Source: Octopus vulgaris
Lineage: Eukaryota
NCBI GenBank assembly: GCA_951406725.2
Contig: OX597818.1
Location: 33,356,001-33,420,000 of the forward strand
Length of the DNA stretch: 64,000 nt
Direction of reading: 5' to 3'
Part shown: piece by piece, positions 12,261-25,854 of the stretch
How the letters are laid out: every line of letters starts with the position of its first letter
How positions within the stretch are numbered: the first letter of the stretch is position 1
Made by a program: the position numbers and the translations under genes
Notes under the pieces: generated by a model
Database searches by the model: none
Told to the model about the DNA's origin: nothing
What the model saw: only the letters and a program-made list of their open reading frames with translations

Positions 12261-12902
12261 ATTTAAATAATGAGGGATATAAATTGAATATTAATTTAAT
12301 TAATATCAATTTAAAACCAGTAGTCTAGCATATAAAAATCTGAAAAATCAGAGAAAATTCCAATACATGTGTATATCTAGGGCTAAAAACCACTATGTGG
12401 ACAGCCATTTGCTAGAAATAGATCACATACGATCTAACTACAAATAAAGAATGTTCTCCAGAGAAAATTCAGCGAACACCAAAACATAGGCGGGCAAGAC
12501 AGATGAAAATTATATAAAAATCAAGAATTAATCGTATACCGGTTTCGTCTATTACCGAATAAATTACTTACATAATCCTTTATCCGTAGATTCATCAGTA
12601 CGATCGTTCCAAAAACAATATAATTTGTAAAACTAACCACTAGTTTTCTGTATAAAACTAGACACGGGCTTAGTTCCACCGATTATATTTTGGTTAATTT
12701 CAAATGTCTGAGTTCTGGCGCGCTAAATTCCGGAAACAATTCTGCAGCAAATAATTTATTGCAGTTAATGTTGCCTATTAGAGAACATAATTATTTTAAC
12801 ATTTAAATAATGAGGGAGATAAATTGAATATTAATTTAATTAATATCAATTTAAAACCAGTAGCCTAGCATATAAAAATATGAAAAATCAGAGAAAATTC
12901 CA
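12261..12902 (-). mobile_element. Non-coding 540-bp unit with a 102-bp terminal direct repeat, containing a hammerhead ribozyme (retrozyme-like or PLE pLTR tandem)
   Basis: 12261-12362 repeats at 12801-12902 (3 mismatches, period 540); HHR at 12531-12604; bounded by TA/CA microsatellite. Confidence 0.75.
12531..12604 (-). ncRNA. Type I hammerhead ribozyme
   Basis: Minus strand: ATCGTA-CTGATGA-atcta cggataaa...tttattcg gtaatagac-GAAA-CCGGTA-TACGAT; 6-bp stem I, intact CUGAUGA/GAAA core, long stem II, ACCGGT palindromic stem III, GUA cleavage triplet. Confidence 0.85.
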
Positions 12903-13080
12903 CACACATACATATATATACATATATACGACGGGCTTCTTTCAGTTTCCGTCTACCAAATCCACTCACAAGGCTTTGGTCGGCCCGAGCCTATAGTAGG
13001 AGACAGTTGCTCGAGGTGCCACATAGTGGGACTGAACCCGGAACCCTGTAGTTGGTAAGAAAGCTACTTACCACACAGAC
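12903..13080 (-). mobile_element. SINE family B, 5' half
   Basis: Matches the family B head up to the internal microsatellite. Confidence 0.8.
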
Positions 13081-14687
13081 AAGAGACAAAACTTCAATTA
13101 AATGGGGTTTTTTTCTTTTTTCCTATTACTTTCGACCTTTACGATGCTGAAAATGTCCAGAGAAAAATAAGAGTACTTCGTTGTTTTTTTTTGCTTTAAT
13201 ATTCGAAAATGGAACATGACAATCCCTGGAAAGGCTCCTGCGCGTTAATATAAGACTGACGTTGTGCCTTGATTCCTTAATGGAATATCGTGCTCGTATT
13301 GATAATTTAGTTGGACAGTTTGTGTACTTGCGTGTAGATGAAAGAAATATAGTATCCTCTGCTGTGATGGATTTAGTTGTAGTTTGATAGTCGGGTGCTG
13401 TAGAATCTTTTGCAGGCGAGTGAAGTTGTCAACAAATAACCAATATTGAACAAACTACAACTTAAGCACGTATCTAACTTGCTAAATAACTACATTTCTC
13501 CTCTATCTCTCTGTTCAGCTCTATATGACGTGTCCGTTTGTGACCCTGTTCGTTGTCTCCTACGCATTTCATAAGTGGTGATCAACTTACTCAAAGCTTT
13601 GCTGATTTTCAATCGAAAAATTGCTGATTTGTCTTAAATTTCTCTTACGCCAGTGATTTGATGTATAACCTCTGAGAGACATAAGGTCTTGTTTAGCGTT
13701 TACAAAATAAACATTCGGGTTTCAAATAGAGGTAGAGACCTACTACAGCCTTCTATTTTTTTTCTTTTTGCGTTTGGTGTCCATGTTTTACAAAACAACT
13801 GCAACTCGAAATTCATTTCGTCAAAGCAGCCTTAAAGCAAGAGGTTCAATTTAAAAAAATGTATTGGGAAATTTTAGCCTTCATAAACACATAGTTGATT
13901 ATAGAAACGTAATTAAACACTTCGAATCTGATAATGAGTTTATTTCCTTCTTAAACATACTACATTAGTATCTGAATATCTCCAAATATCTTATTTTTTC
14001 CAAAGAAATCCTATTTTTTTATAACCACGCATTCACAGACGCACACTCAACGGCACACACAGATGCAAACCCACAGACACACACATTCATATGTACATAC
14101 ATATATGCATACCGATAGGAAAGCAGAAAAATACAAAATATTGGCATTCTTCATGAAAATGTATAAATTTATATATCTTAATTCTTCACATTTAATCACA
14201 TACACACACATACCCTAACACACTTCCTTTCACTTTCTGTCTTTTGTCAGACTACATCTAAAACTATTTATTATTCACTATCTTGGTACTTCGATATTAT
14301 AGGAAAGCTGAAGAAGTTGTTTTTATTTCACTGACATGTCTGTACTTCATTAATACAAACATAATCCTCAGCTAATGTATTAATCCCCACGTGCATAAAT
14401 AATACATATCCAATAAAATACATGCATTAACGAACGCATACTGACACAGCTGCTCGTATACACTTGTATTGGAAATTTGTCTTTCAAGATTACAGACCAC
14501 CATCGATTGATAAGTATTTAAATCTTTACTACTGATCCTTTTTTCCCTGAAATATTTTAGATATGACTCACAGTCTAACGCGTGTTATTAAAAGATCTCG
14601 TAAAAGTTTTATACATAAATAGATTAATGAATGCATTTATGTAAATATATGTCTATATAAATATATTTATAAAAATCATGTATATAA

Positions 14688-14841
14688 GTGGCTGTGTAGT
14701 AACAAGTTTGCTTCTCAACTACATGATCCCGAGTTCAGTCTCACTGGGTGGTACCTTCGGGATGTGTCTTCTGTTATAACCTCGGGTCGACCAACGCCTT
14801 CTGAGTTGATTTAGTAGACGGAAATTGGGAGCAGCCCGTCG

Positions 14842-14886
<45 letters not shown>
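14688..14886 (+). mobile_element. SINE family B, diverged 5' half
   Basis: GTGGCTGTGTAGTAAC...GATTTAGTAGACGGAAA...CCCGTCGTATATA. Confidence 0.7.
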
Positions 14887-15059
14887 TAAAACTCTTTCAA
14901 CTATACGGACATGTCCTGAAATTTTGAGGTATGTGGTTAGTTGATTACATCGTCCTCAGTGGTAGTTTTTTTATCAATCCAGAAAGGATGAAAGTCAAAC
15001 TTGTCGTGCTAACGATACTGTCAGCTTGCAACTTTTTTCATGTGTACAAATTGGTTTCA

Positions 15060-15232
15060 ACTTTTGGGACAATGTCATCAATTACGCGAGAGGGATAAGT
15101 CGATTACATCGACCCCAGTGATTAGTTTATTGACCTCGCAAAGACGAGCTCGGTGGACTATGAACTCAGAACGTAGAAACGGACAAAACACCGCTAAGCT
15201 TTATGCCCGGCGATATAACGATTCTGCTAGCC
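15060..15232 (-). mobile_element. SINE family C, diverged
   Basis: GTCGATTACATCGACCCCAGT...GAACTCAGAACGTA...AACGATTCTGCTAGC. Confidence 0.6.
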
Positions 15233-17208
15233 TTATGCGGGCGTATAAATTAAGAACTTCTCTTTGTTACAACATGTCGGCTATGTTTAAATTTGATGTG
15301 TTACATTATGTTTTTTCATATTTCATCGTAAGTACTTTATGCTTGGTTTCGAATTATAACCTTCCTAAATGCATTAGACATCACATGTTACAAGCCCCAC
15401 TTTTTCTTCTAATTACTTCCAGTTTATTGATTCCACAATTTCGTAGTTATTATACCGCATTGAATTTATATTCGCAACTCCATGTTTAAGGTTGATATAC
15501 AACCAGTTATTCTGCTGATATTTAAGATTTTCCAAATTAAGTACATTACAGTAATCAAATGTATTTGTAATAAGAAATGTACAGCCTTAAATAGTTTCTT
15601 CGGAATATTAATAGATTTTCGACTTTATTTCTCTCATTCCACACATTAATACCTCCGAACAATATTTTAGCTTAATTCTTACTATTCTTATAAATAAAAC
15701 CGATTGATCAAATCAGATTATTGCCAATACTTTAAAGACTTTCGGATGCTAACCATTCCTGTACACACAGATCAAAAACTGAAGTCATAAAATCAAGTTC
15801 TTGAACAAACACAAAACATTATCACGCCTCTTGGCAAAACTGTAACATATACGTCAAGTTTAAATTCCTCTATATTATTATTATTAAAGTTAGATCACAA
15901 AAGCATATATCAGAAAAATAGCATATGACGTCTGTCTGTCAGGCTTTGCTCTTCACATCCAGCAACATTTTCAACTCAGTACTCCATGCAACATTTTTCA
16001 CTAAGGTGTATGTATAGGAATATGGTTGAAGTATCCCTCAGATATGAAATGATTCAGTTTAACTTTTCTTTTCTTGTTATAATATATATTTCATATTCAT
16101 TTTATAGAAATATCATTTAAGGAATATTTACATTTTTTCGCTTGATTTCCATGAATTTATGTCATTCCTTCAGTAATGCAGTGTTTTTTTTTTCGCAAAC
16201 GATCAATTTGGGAGCACACAGCTGGATGTTATCATTGTCATGAGTTACATAGAATGTTGCATTTCATAGCGACACTGTCGAATATTTTATGCATTGACAT
16301 CGAGACGAGGATGTATAGATTTAGCGTAAATCCAAGTGAGGCAAAGTAAATTTCTCATAATTAGGAAAATTAAGTTGCGAATTTGAAATGAACGTGATTA
16401 TAAGAACACTTGCAAACATCGATCGGTGTGTGTGTGTGTGTGTGTGTGGTTGCATGTATGTGTGTATGCGTGTGCGTTTTCGTTTCCATATAAATGCATG
16501 TGTACCTGCATGTAAGTATGTGTATAAATTATGCGTTGGTATGTATACAGGGTTTTTCATTTATAATCATTCAAGGCAGTGCCCTACTATGGTCGCTGTC
16601 CAGTGACTGAAACAAGTAAAATGTAAAGACTTAAAAGATATGAACATTAAATATTATGAGGAGGGTATAATAATAGGTTCTATTCTTGGTAATGTTATTA
16701 CCAACAGACAATACTGGAAGTATAGCAAATCCGACTGCATGCATTTGATCTATTTACATACTTATTTTATCTATTCAGGTATATAATTGGTTTATGCTAC
16801 TTAAAGATAATGTTTTGTTTCTTCTAGAGGCGATTCATTGAAGGAATAGATTTATAAAAGTATTTTTGGAGAAACTTTCATGGTTTTCTGTGCACCATTT
16901 GTGTTATTTTATCATTGCAATACCATTTCATGGATGATTTAATTCACATTTTTCAAAACTCAAGTACAGATAAATATAATTTATTTCCTTGTTCTTGTAT
17001 GTATTCGTGTGTTAGCTGTAACGAAGCTTGAAAATATTTGAACTAAATCCTAAAACTATATATTTTGTGTTTTCTTAGGTTGTACTGCGCATCAGTGAAA
17101 TTTTAGTAATGCAATGCAATTAGAAACCAATACATAGTTTTACAGTCGCATTTAAAAGTAATTAGGCTAGTAGAAGATTTATCTAGTCTAGACGGCTTAA
17201 ATCAGAAC

Positions 17209-17556
17209 AATTATGTTGGACGTAGTGTGAAGAAAATTGACTTGGTATAAGCATGCATTAAGGTAATTTCAACGTGTCAATTTGTTCATCAACATGTGGC
17301 TCAGAATATTTATCCCCGTGCGTGTGAGGCTCAGGTAATTCGGTTTAAATACGTAGGATGCATAATAGCTTTGATGCGTTTTTAAAATGACACCGCTTCA
17401 AGTAGGGTCTGCATTTACACAAATATATTGCATTGTTTACTTATTGACGTTGAGGTTAACCCGACTGCGATATGATACGTTTTTCTCCGCTGATACAATA
17501 TGCGCATATATTTTTATATGTGCGTGTGTGCTTGCAGGTACGCGTGTAACATGTGT
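17209..17556 (+). repeat. Arm 1 of a ~350-bp inverted duplication
   Basis: High-identity reverse complement of 19566-19912. Confidence 0.9.
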
Positions 17557-17595
17557 TAAATATAATAAACTATGGTTCGTTATTTAATTGTAATA

Positions 17596-17760
17596 AGGCT
17601 GCGAGCAGGCAGAATCGTTAGCACGTCGGGAAGAATGCTTAGCGGCATCTCGTCCGACATTACGCTCTGAGTTAAAACTCCACCGTAGTCCTCTTTACAT
17701 TTCATCCTTTCAGGATCGATAAAATGAGTACGAGTTGAGCACTTAGGTCGATGAAATTAC
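17596..17760 (+). mobile_element. SINE family C, diverged
   Basis: GGCTGCGAGCAGGCAGAATCGTTAGCACG...TTTCATCCTTTCAGGATCGATAAA. Confidence 0.65.
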
Positions 17761-18235
17761 TTCTATTACTACAAGAAATGGTTGATTTTACATGTTTGTA
17801 CATGACGGAAGAATAAGTGTATAAGAAGTAATTTTCTTACTTAAGAAAATATTCCGAAAAGAGCATTAGTGTAGAGCTTAGACAGGTCTGCTCTATGAAA
17901 ATTTCTATTCATGTAATCATGGATTTCCCTAAAATTATAATGATGGCCTTAATTCTCTCATCCTAATTTATTCATCTGTTTATTTCATGAATGTTTTCGT
18001 GTGTTAGTGGTCGACGAGTGTGTTAAAGTCTTTTTAATTTTCATGTTGCCGATTCGTGTGGATTTTGAACAATTTAGGATTATATATTTTAATTGTAATA
18101 GTGGAGCTTTTCGAGGGAGGTCGTGATGGTTGCATTTATGCTGGTTTTGTATATTGGTATATTGAATAGGACTGATAAATATTCCGAATATTAGAATGCA
18201 GTTTTAAGATTATATATATATATATATATATATAT

Positions 18236-18672
18236 AGGCGCAGGAGTGGCTGTGTGCATAGGCGCAGGGGTGGCTGTGTGGTAAGTAGCTTGCTTACCAA
18301 CCACATGGTTCCGGGTTCAGTCCCACTGCATGGCACCTTGGGCAAGTGTCTTCTGCTATAGCCCCGGGCCGACCAATGCCTTGTGAGTGGATTTGGTACA
18401 CGGAAACTGAAAGAAACCTGTCGTATATATGTATATAGGTATATGTATGTGCGTGTATATGTTTGTGTGTCCGTGTTTGTCCTCCTAGCATTGCTTGACA
18501 GCCGATGCTGGCGTGTTTACGTCCCCGTCACTTAGCGGTTCGGCAAAAGAGACCGATAGAATAAGTACTGAGCTTACAAAGAATAAGTCCCGGGGTCGAT
18601 TTGCTCGACTAAAGGCTGTGCTCCAGCATGGCCGCAGTCAAATGACTGAAACAAGTAAAATAGTAAAAGAGT
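18236..18672 (+). mobile_element. SINE family B, full length, with duplicated 5' head
   Basis: GGCGCAGGAGTGGCTGTGTG occurs twice at the 5' end; core and tail as in the other copies. Confidence 0.9.
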
Positions 18673-18681
18673 ATATATACA

Positions 18682-18758
<77 letters not shown>

Positions 18759-18815
18759 GTATGTATGTATATGTATATATACATATGTATGTATGTATAT
18801 ATATATATATGTATG

Positions 18816-18848
<33 letters not shown>

Positions 18849-18849
18849 G

Positions 18850-18887
<38 letters not shown>

Positions 18888-18978
18888 CATATATATATAT
18901 ATATACATACATACATATATATATATATATAATGTATATAGGCCCGTTATATACATACATATATATATATATATATAT
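18672..18978. repeat. Long compound (TA)/(TACA)/(TATG) microsatellite
   Basis: Seen directly. Confidence 0.95.
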
Positions 18979-19393
18979 GGATGACTCAATTATCCTTTGT
19001 TTACTGTTAATATGGAAAATTCAATAAACAGTTACCAGGGTAGTAAAAGAATTTGAATAGCATCTGCGTTGAATTCCATCTATTTATTTACTTATATATA
19101 TATATGTATATATAGTTAATCCAAACATGAAAGCACAAAAAAAACAAAAAAAACACAACAACGCGAGGACGTGGAACAAATATAGTATTAGTGGACGCTC
19201 AGGAAAGAAGGAAAGATCCAGAGAAGGGAAGACAGAGGAAAAAATCGCCAACGGTACACACGCGGTCACATTTTGAGTGTGTGTGTATATATATCTGTGT
19301 GTGTGTGTGTGTGTGTGTATGTGTGTGTGTGTGTACATCTTAAACTTTATCTCTATGTTAAAGTCCTGATTTTCTTCATATTGTGCGTGTGGC

Positions 19394-19452
<59 letters not shown>

Positions 19453-19565
19453 CAGATAGATAGAGAGGGATATACATTTATGTATGCAAAATCTACAGAT
19501 ATATACAAAAATATATATTCACATATCTATATAATAAATGTATATATACATATTGGCCCATATAC

Positions 19566-19912
19566 ACACGTGTTACACGCGTGCCTGCAAGCACAGATGA
19601 ACATATAAAAATATATGCGCATACTGTACCAGCGAGAAAACCGTATCATATCGCAGCCGGGTTAACCTCAACGTCAATAAGTAAACAATGCAAAACATTT
19701 GTGTAAATGCAGACCCTACTTGAAGTGGAGTCATTTTAAAAAGGCATCAAAGCTATTTTCCATCCTTCGTATTTAAACCGAATTACCTTAGCCTCACACG
19801 CATGGGGATAAATATTCTGAGCCACATGTTGATGAGCAAATTGACTCATTGAAATTACCTAAATGCATGATTATACCAAGTCGATTTTATTCACACTATA
19901 TCCAACAGAATT
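19566..19912 (-). repeat. Arm 2 of the ~350-bp inverted duplication
   Basis: Reverse complement of 17209-17556. Confidence 0.9.
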
Positions 19913-19974
19913 TACACGAAATCAGTGTTTGTTGCTTTTAGTTCGGTGAATATATATATTTGCCATGATAGATT

Positions 19975-20098
19975 CGCCATGATAGATCGCTGGTCACTGC
20001 ACACATTTTTTTCTCTCCTTGTTTCTTTCTGTGTTCCTTTCTGTGGAAGAGCGTAGGCTCGAAACGTTAAAAACTTTTTCAATTCCCGAGCGTTAAAC
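19975..20098 (+). mobile_element. Penelope-like terminal repeat copy with hammerhead-like motif (20036-20073)
   Basis: CGCCATGATAGATCG...CCTTTCTGTGGAAGAGCGTAGGCTCGAAACGTTAAAAA. Confidence 0.7.
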
Positions 20099-20903
20099 AA
20101 GGCCAATTCAACATTGTGGTATCTCTCAGATACCCTTATTTATAGTTGTAAAATAATTATTACCTTTGTATGGTATTTATTCCCATGCTGGCCACTCGAT
20201 CATATCAATATTTAAATATCGATATTATCCTTACTTATAAATTTATATAATTCGTCACTATATTCACTGCGGTGGGGTGGCTGGCGGGCAATTTGAACTG
20301 GCCTTGTACATACGTGCATATATATATATATATATGTATGTATGGACGTTCGTATATATAAGTATAACGTGTGTTCTGTATATATATATATATATATTTT
20401 GTATTTATGTGCTCATCTGGTATATTCAACTGATGAAGGCAGAGCTTATTTGAAGCAAAGTTAGAAATCCAGGATCTTGTATTATACAGTAATATCTTTT
20501 TGCTAGTTTATTTTGTCTCTCTGTCTTATCTCATGGTGCAATATGAACATTTAAGGTGGATTTTAGAGTCAGGGTTTTGACTGCTATTTCGGTATGGTGG
20601 TGTCTCTCACATACCCTTATATATATATATATATATATATATGCTTTCGGTGCGAATGGTTTTCTATATGTCGCCGTCTTTACAATCCTCTAAATAATAA
20701 TAATGGATTTTTTAATATATATAAGCTTAAAGCTTATGGCAATCACCGTGCAAATACTAAGGAAAATAGTCTAATAAAGTGGCATATAAGCCCTCGACAG
20801 AAAAAGAAGGTTATCCTATCCGCATGGGAGACGATCCCACATCCCTTTGTTAACGCGACTAAGTGAGCTAACTTTACACCTATATATAAATCTCTCGTTC
20901 ACC

Positions 20904-20972
<69 letters not shown>

Positions 20973-20973
<1 letters not shown>

Positions 20974-21180
20974 GGGAAGCTTTATGAAAATAAACAAAAG
21001 ACGAAGGCAGGTGGAATACAAACAAACAATTGTATTAGGATGGTGCTCAGGAATATAAATAAAACAAGTCTTTTACGTTTCGAGCCCACGCTCTTCAACA
21101 GAAAGATACACAGAAATGAAACACAGAAAGAAACAAGGAGAGAACAAAAATGCGTGCAGAGGCTAGCGAATCAACATGAT
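20973..21180 (-). mobile_element. Penelope-like terminal repeat copy with hammerhead-like motif (21069-21106)
   Basis: Minus strand TCTTT-CTGTTGA-A-GAGC gtgg GCTC-GAAA-CGTA-AAAGA; abuts (TA)n. Confidence 0.75.
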
Positions 21181-21988
21181 GTATGCATTAGTATATATAT
21201 ATATAGTATATATTAGTATATTGTATATGATTGAACATACAATATATACACACAATAACTCATGCATAGATATATGTGTGTTTTTGTGTATATGGCTTTG
21301 TCTGCGAGTGTAGATGTGTGTATGTATGTGTGTATATATACATATGTGTTTTCACCAGAAGCAAGATTATCTTGAAAATTTCAACATTTCTCCTCAACAA
21401 ACATTTTCTTTGTCATATTGTGTTATCTTTTCTTTACTGATTATTCTTAGAATTTTTATTTTTTTCAATTATCTATCTTCAGAACTCAAACTATATTTCA
21501 TCTTTCTTGTCTTGCCATCATCATATGTATTATTTTTTTTTCTTCTTACTCTTTTAATCTTACCAGAAAATGACAACAAATACACATGAAACGGAAAATC
21601 ATCGAACTAGCTAATCTAAAACTAAAGTAAATAACTAAAGATTATATAATTGTGATACTAGTTTACAGCGTCACTCAATAGCCACGAGTTATGACATATC
21701 TTAAAAGTGATATGTAATCATTATATTTTCAAAAGCAACATAAATAATGAAGGAAATGTTATATTTCTAACTAACAACGATAATACACAAGATATAACAG
21801 AATAAGTAATGACCTCAATAGATGAAATATCAAGCTAAAACTTTTTCGTCTATTGATCGTAATAAGCTTTCAGAAGATACTATAATCAACTTTTCTCTAT
21901 TTTCAGGTTCCTGCAGTATTTTGACGTTTACTGCTTGGCTTCATTTTAGTTCTGTTGTCATTATTGCTTCACTACTAGGTCTGTGGTA

Positions 21989-22380
21989 CTAGGTCTGTGG
22001 GAAGATCGTTCTTACGTTACAAGGATGTTTGCAAAAGGGACATGAAGGCCCGCAACATCAATATTAGCAATTAGGAAGCAGTTGCCAGCAACCGTGGAGA
22101 TTGGCGATGTACCGTAAAAGAGGGAATACAAAGGAGTGACAGAGAGAGAGAGAGAGGAAAAATGAAAAGACAAGAAAAGACGTCAACAAGAATCTATGAC
22201 ATTACAACCAGCCAGGAACAGTCTTTGCTACATTTGCGGCACCTGCCAGAGGGAGTGTTTTTCCAGGATAGGACTACACAGCCACAGTAGAAAATATATT
22301 AGGACATGAAATGTAAAAGCCGGACTAGACTATTTTATGCGCAACTCCATTGTCTCCCGAGACAAAAAGGATGCCAACCA
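21989..22380 (+). mobile_element. RTE-clade LINE 3' end
   Basis: GRSFLRYKDVCKRDMKARNINISN*EAVASNRGDWRCTVKEG and C-terminal YICGTCQRECFSRIGLHSHSRK zinc finger, typical of RTE/BovB ORFs. Confidence 0.85.
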
Positions 22381-22654
22381 TCAACTTTTCAGTGACATTT
22401 AATCCTGCTCATTACGTTCTGAGTAAAGAGCAGTTTTGCTTTTCATCCTTCAGGAGTTGATAAAGTAAAGCGTCTGTCAAGTACTGGGTTCGATGTAAAC
22501 TTGTAACATAGGCTCAAAACTTGCGACAGTTGTGCTTAAATTAAAAATAATTATTACCATTTACATCATTGTCGCTTTGCTTCAAACGAGCTTTTTCAGT
22601 CTCACCTCATGTAACAGCAAGTTGGACGTTTTACTACGGGTCTCATGTACGGTT

Positions 22655-22834
22655 ATAATATAAATAATAATGAAATTATTGTATAGAATGCTCAGCTGCA
22701 CCACAACTTGTCAAAAGTCTGGAAAGTGAACAGTGTGAGTCAGATACATGCTTACGTGTGTATGGAGGGGAGAAAATCAGGTGTAGTGTTGGCGAATCTC
22801 AGTGCTCCGACAACTAACAATTGATGCCGGCAGT
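22655..22834 (-). mobile_element. CR1/L2-like LINE 3' terminus
   Basis: Minus strand LPASIVSCRSTEIRQHYT* followed by a 3' UTR ending in (ATT)n. Confidence 0.45.
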
Positions 22835-22939
22835 TCGTTAGCAGTGATATATTGTAAATCTGTGGTAAATCGTTAGCAGTGATATATTGTAAATCTGTGG
22901 TAAATCGTTAGCAGTGATATATTGTAAATCTGTGGTAAA
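22835..22939. repeat. 35-bp tandem repeat x3
   Basis: TCGTTAGCAGTGATATATTGTAAATCTGTGGTAAA, three exact copies. Confidence 0.95.
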
Positions 22940-23574
22940 TCTGTGCTATTCCAGTTCTGAAGCAGTCTTAAGAGAAACGGCTTTCATATTGACAATGTTT
23001 TTCAAAGGATACAGGTATTATACATAAGAAGAAAATTGTTTTGATTTCTGCGTTGAGGTTTCCTGCTATTTGTCCATAGTGTTCAAGAATGCCACAAAGT
23101 TTAGGTAATCACAAGTATAGTTTCTATTCTAAGATGCCACTATTTTTATAATAATAATATTAATAATTATAATAATTGTTGTTATTATTATTATTATTGT
23201 TATCATTATTATTATTGTTATTATTATTATTGCTGTTGTTGTTGTTGTTAAAAGTGATTATATTTTATTTTCAGGACTCCATGTCACCTCTGTACTCTTA
23301 GTAGCGGATTCTGGCTGATAAACAATGAGCGATATATCTGAGTATGTGCGTATGTGTATGGACTCATCCTCAAACATATATACACATACACACAGAAATA
23401 CAGAAAAACTCACAAATTCACACATGCACACACACACATATTATATATACATATATATAGATACTTATATACTTATATTTATGTAATTACATTTATTTAT
23501 ATACATATATATCTATTAATATATTCATATCTATATTCATGCATATATAGAAATTTATTGTTTATTCTTATTTA

Positions 23575-23614
<40 letters not shown>

Positions 23615-23635
23615 TTATGTATATACATATACACT

Positions 23636-23715
<80 letters not shown>

Positions 23716-24626
23716 CAATGATTATCTGACCTTATGTACATATAAGACTGGTTTTAAAATGCTATGTCCATCTTAGATGAATATTCTTTGAGTGGGATAT
23801 TAGAATATTGTGAGAGAGAGGGTTTCTATGAAGAAAGAGAAATCGTTATTTCAAACCTAGGAATTATAGTTAACAATTTCGAAACTTATTCTATATTTTT
23901 GGGTTATGGGTGTATATCTTTACAATTCTCCTTTCGCAAAAGACCAAAGGGTAAATAGAGATAAACGCTTCAACAACTATTTGTTCTGTTTATCTAACGG
24001 GGTTTCTATTATGCCAAATAGAACGTATTCACGTTCTGCCTTAGGGGAAACTAAACTGCTTAATTCTGGTCATATATTCAGCAAAGTTATCGTGTACTTC
24101 ACAAAACTATGAATGTTTCGTTAAAGGTATTATAATAGTAGCCATAACTTAGTAGCTTCTGTCAAAAGAGATTTGTCGCAGCAAGATCGCGCTTGGACAT
24201 TATTTCTCCTCGTCTGAGTGAATTCTAATCAGCATTGGATGCTTGGCGCTCGTTGATTAATTATTTACTATAGCAGCGATATAATTAATCACCTGGAAAA
24301 TCAATAATTCCCACTTACTAAAACGATAGCGATTTAATAACACGAGTTATTAAGAGCAATCGTATGAGCATATGTACATACACAGACACACACACGCTCA
24401 CATGCACACACACACAGACATACACAAACACACACTCACACGCATAGAAATAGAAGTGTATATAAATCTAGATATATATACCTATACACACACATATACA
24501 TACACGCATATACATATTTATATATACATATATATATACATACACACATATATATATATAGATATATATATATGTATATACATATACACATATCGAAATA
24601 GAAATAGATACAGATGTATATGCATT

Positions 24627-24678
<52 letters not shown>

Positions 24679-25854
24679 TATATACACATATACATATATA
24701 CAGACATATGCTTATACTCACACACACACATATATAGACACATACACATACACGGGTACTCCCCTACTCTTCTCTCACGCACGCGCAAGTGTGTGTGTAT
24801 CTGATACTCCAACTGTTTATTAAGACCCTACGTATTTCAGTATGTGTGAATATAAGGCGACTTGTTCTTAAGCTGTTCTCGTTGGTCACTATTCGAAGAG
24901 CATAGGGGTCACTGAACATTCCGCCATAACGGTTCATCATCTTATATTTATATCTGCTCTGTGAATTATGTTGAAACTGTGGGAAATTTAAACTCTCAGT
25001 CAAGAAGAGGCAATAATTATAATTAATATTTCCTTGAAGTAATTTGCGGTCGATTGTGGTATTGGTTCCGCTCCAATCTAAATACCTTACGCTATTTATT
25101 AGTGGCCCTTTATGAGTTCAAATTCCGCCGAGATTAACTTTAAATGTCAATAAAATAAATGCCAGACTCGTGTTGAAAGAATGGACTAGAAATTAAACGT
25201 AGCGTGTTTCATAACGCAAAAGGCAAAGCCTTGATATGGTTAGAGCAATAATTGGTTTGAAGTACCACTCCAAGAAACGGCAATTATATTGCGTTAAATT
25301 TTGAAGGGCATTATTGTAATAAGATCTACGAAATTTATGCTCAGACGAAAAGAAGATTGGCTTGTGCTTCTGAGTATATCCTCTCTATCCTCTATCCTCC
25401 CTAAAATCATATCGAATATATCTCTGTCTTTCTCATTCCTACACTTGAAAACGAACAAACACACACGCGCGTACACACACATGCACACGTAAAAATATAA
25501 ACATCACTGAACTACCTTATCAACCAAACAATCTGATGTTGTTACACACCGCTGGTCACAATAAGCTTCATCACATGGTGTCGTATTGGCTTTTGAATGA
25601 TGCCATTTTATATAAGCATATGCATAATTCTAATCCTCCCCCTTTATGTGGTTTAAACCAAATGGTTACATTACTTTAATTCATGTCTTCATTATCAAAA
25701 AAAGACGGGGTGTTTCTAACTAAATTCGACTGATATTTTCAGCATTAAAAGAATATCACCAATCTTCTGCGCATGAGTTTTTTTAGTAAAATTTGAAACG
25801 CAATATAAGGCTTGCTTGCCTTTCTTTTTTGTCTTTTTCTAAAAGTTTACCATA

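Noticed and set aside
13666-13735. ACCTCTGAGAGAC...TTTCAAATAGAGGT as a hammerhead
   Set aside because: Both core boxes need indels and there is no stem III
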